In this document: in pieces, positions 63,854-64,000 of the stretch | How positions within the stretch are numbered: the stretch's first letter is position 1 | Layout of the letters: every line of letters begins with the position of its first letter | NCBI GenBank assembly: GCA_031411295.1 | Contig: JANOAV010000060.1 | Span: forward strand, 10,172-74,171 | Length of the DNA stretch: 64,000 nucleotides | Origin: Verrucomicrobiales bacterium | GTDB lineage: Bacteria > Verrucomicrobiota > Verrucomicrobiia > Verrucomicrobiales > V1-33 | Direction: 5' to 3' | Made by a program: the position numbers and the translations under genes | The notes under the pieces: model-generated | Databases searched by the model: none | Seen by the model: only the letters and a program-made list of their open reading frames with translations | Told to the model about the DNA's origin: nothing

Positions 63854-64000
63854 TTGGGGCGCTTGGTCACCAGGTTGATCGAACCACCGACCGATCCTGC
63901 GCCGCTGGACACCGAGTTGGCGCCGTTGGTCACTTCCAGCTGTTCGAGGTTGAACGAGTCCGAGCGACTATAGGCCGCGCTGTCGCGCACGCCGTCCTGG
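63826..64000 (-). pseudogene. Truncated TonB-dependent receptor (end of plug domain, no barrel)
   Basis: Minus strand from 63999: QDGVRDSAAYSRSDSFNLEQLEVTNGANSVSSGAGSVGGSINLVTKRPK, then GAGAARPC* read through the REP-like hairpin. Confidence 0.8.

Overview
GC-rich bacterial DNA whose gene content points to Verrucomicrobia (inferred from PEP-CTERM, lamin-tail/CotH and passenger-repeat surface proteins, DUF1080/ThuA/DUF3500 genes and an ECF sigma-Ser/Thr kinase module). Housekeeping genes (uvrB 3' part, scpAB, uppP, gmhA-like, ROK kinase, UvrD/PcrA helicase, sugar ABC transporter) are mixed with accessory loci. The most unusual loci are: (1) a three-gene cluster (2152-8179, minus) of exported proteins built only from tandem, stripped-down secretin-like domains, eight in all and in strictly alternating A/B order, with no periplasmic N-domains and no neighbouring T2SS/T4P genes; (2) a PhoBR-linked cluster (35870-42044, minus) with a PEP-CTERM protein, two tandem non-lipoprotein PstS/DING-like paralogs carrying reciprocal changes in phosphate-ligand residues, a duplicated 42-bp hairpin and a Pho-box-like site, but no pstCAB; (3) three large secreted proteins sharing a C-terminal module; (4) an SPFH plus NAD-kinase-like gene pair; (5) a decayed right end with a frameshifted LuxR remnant and a TonB-dependent receptor fragment cut off at a REP-like hairpin doublet. 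I recognised no rRNA, tRNA or CRISPR array. All family calls come from motifs read by eye; no database search was run.
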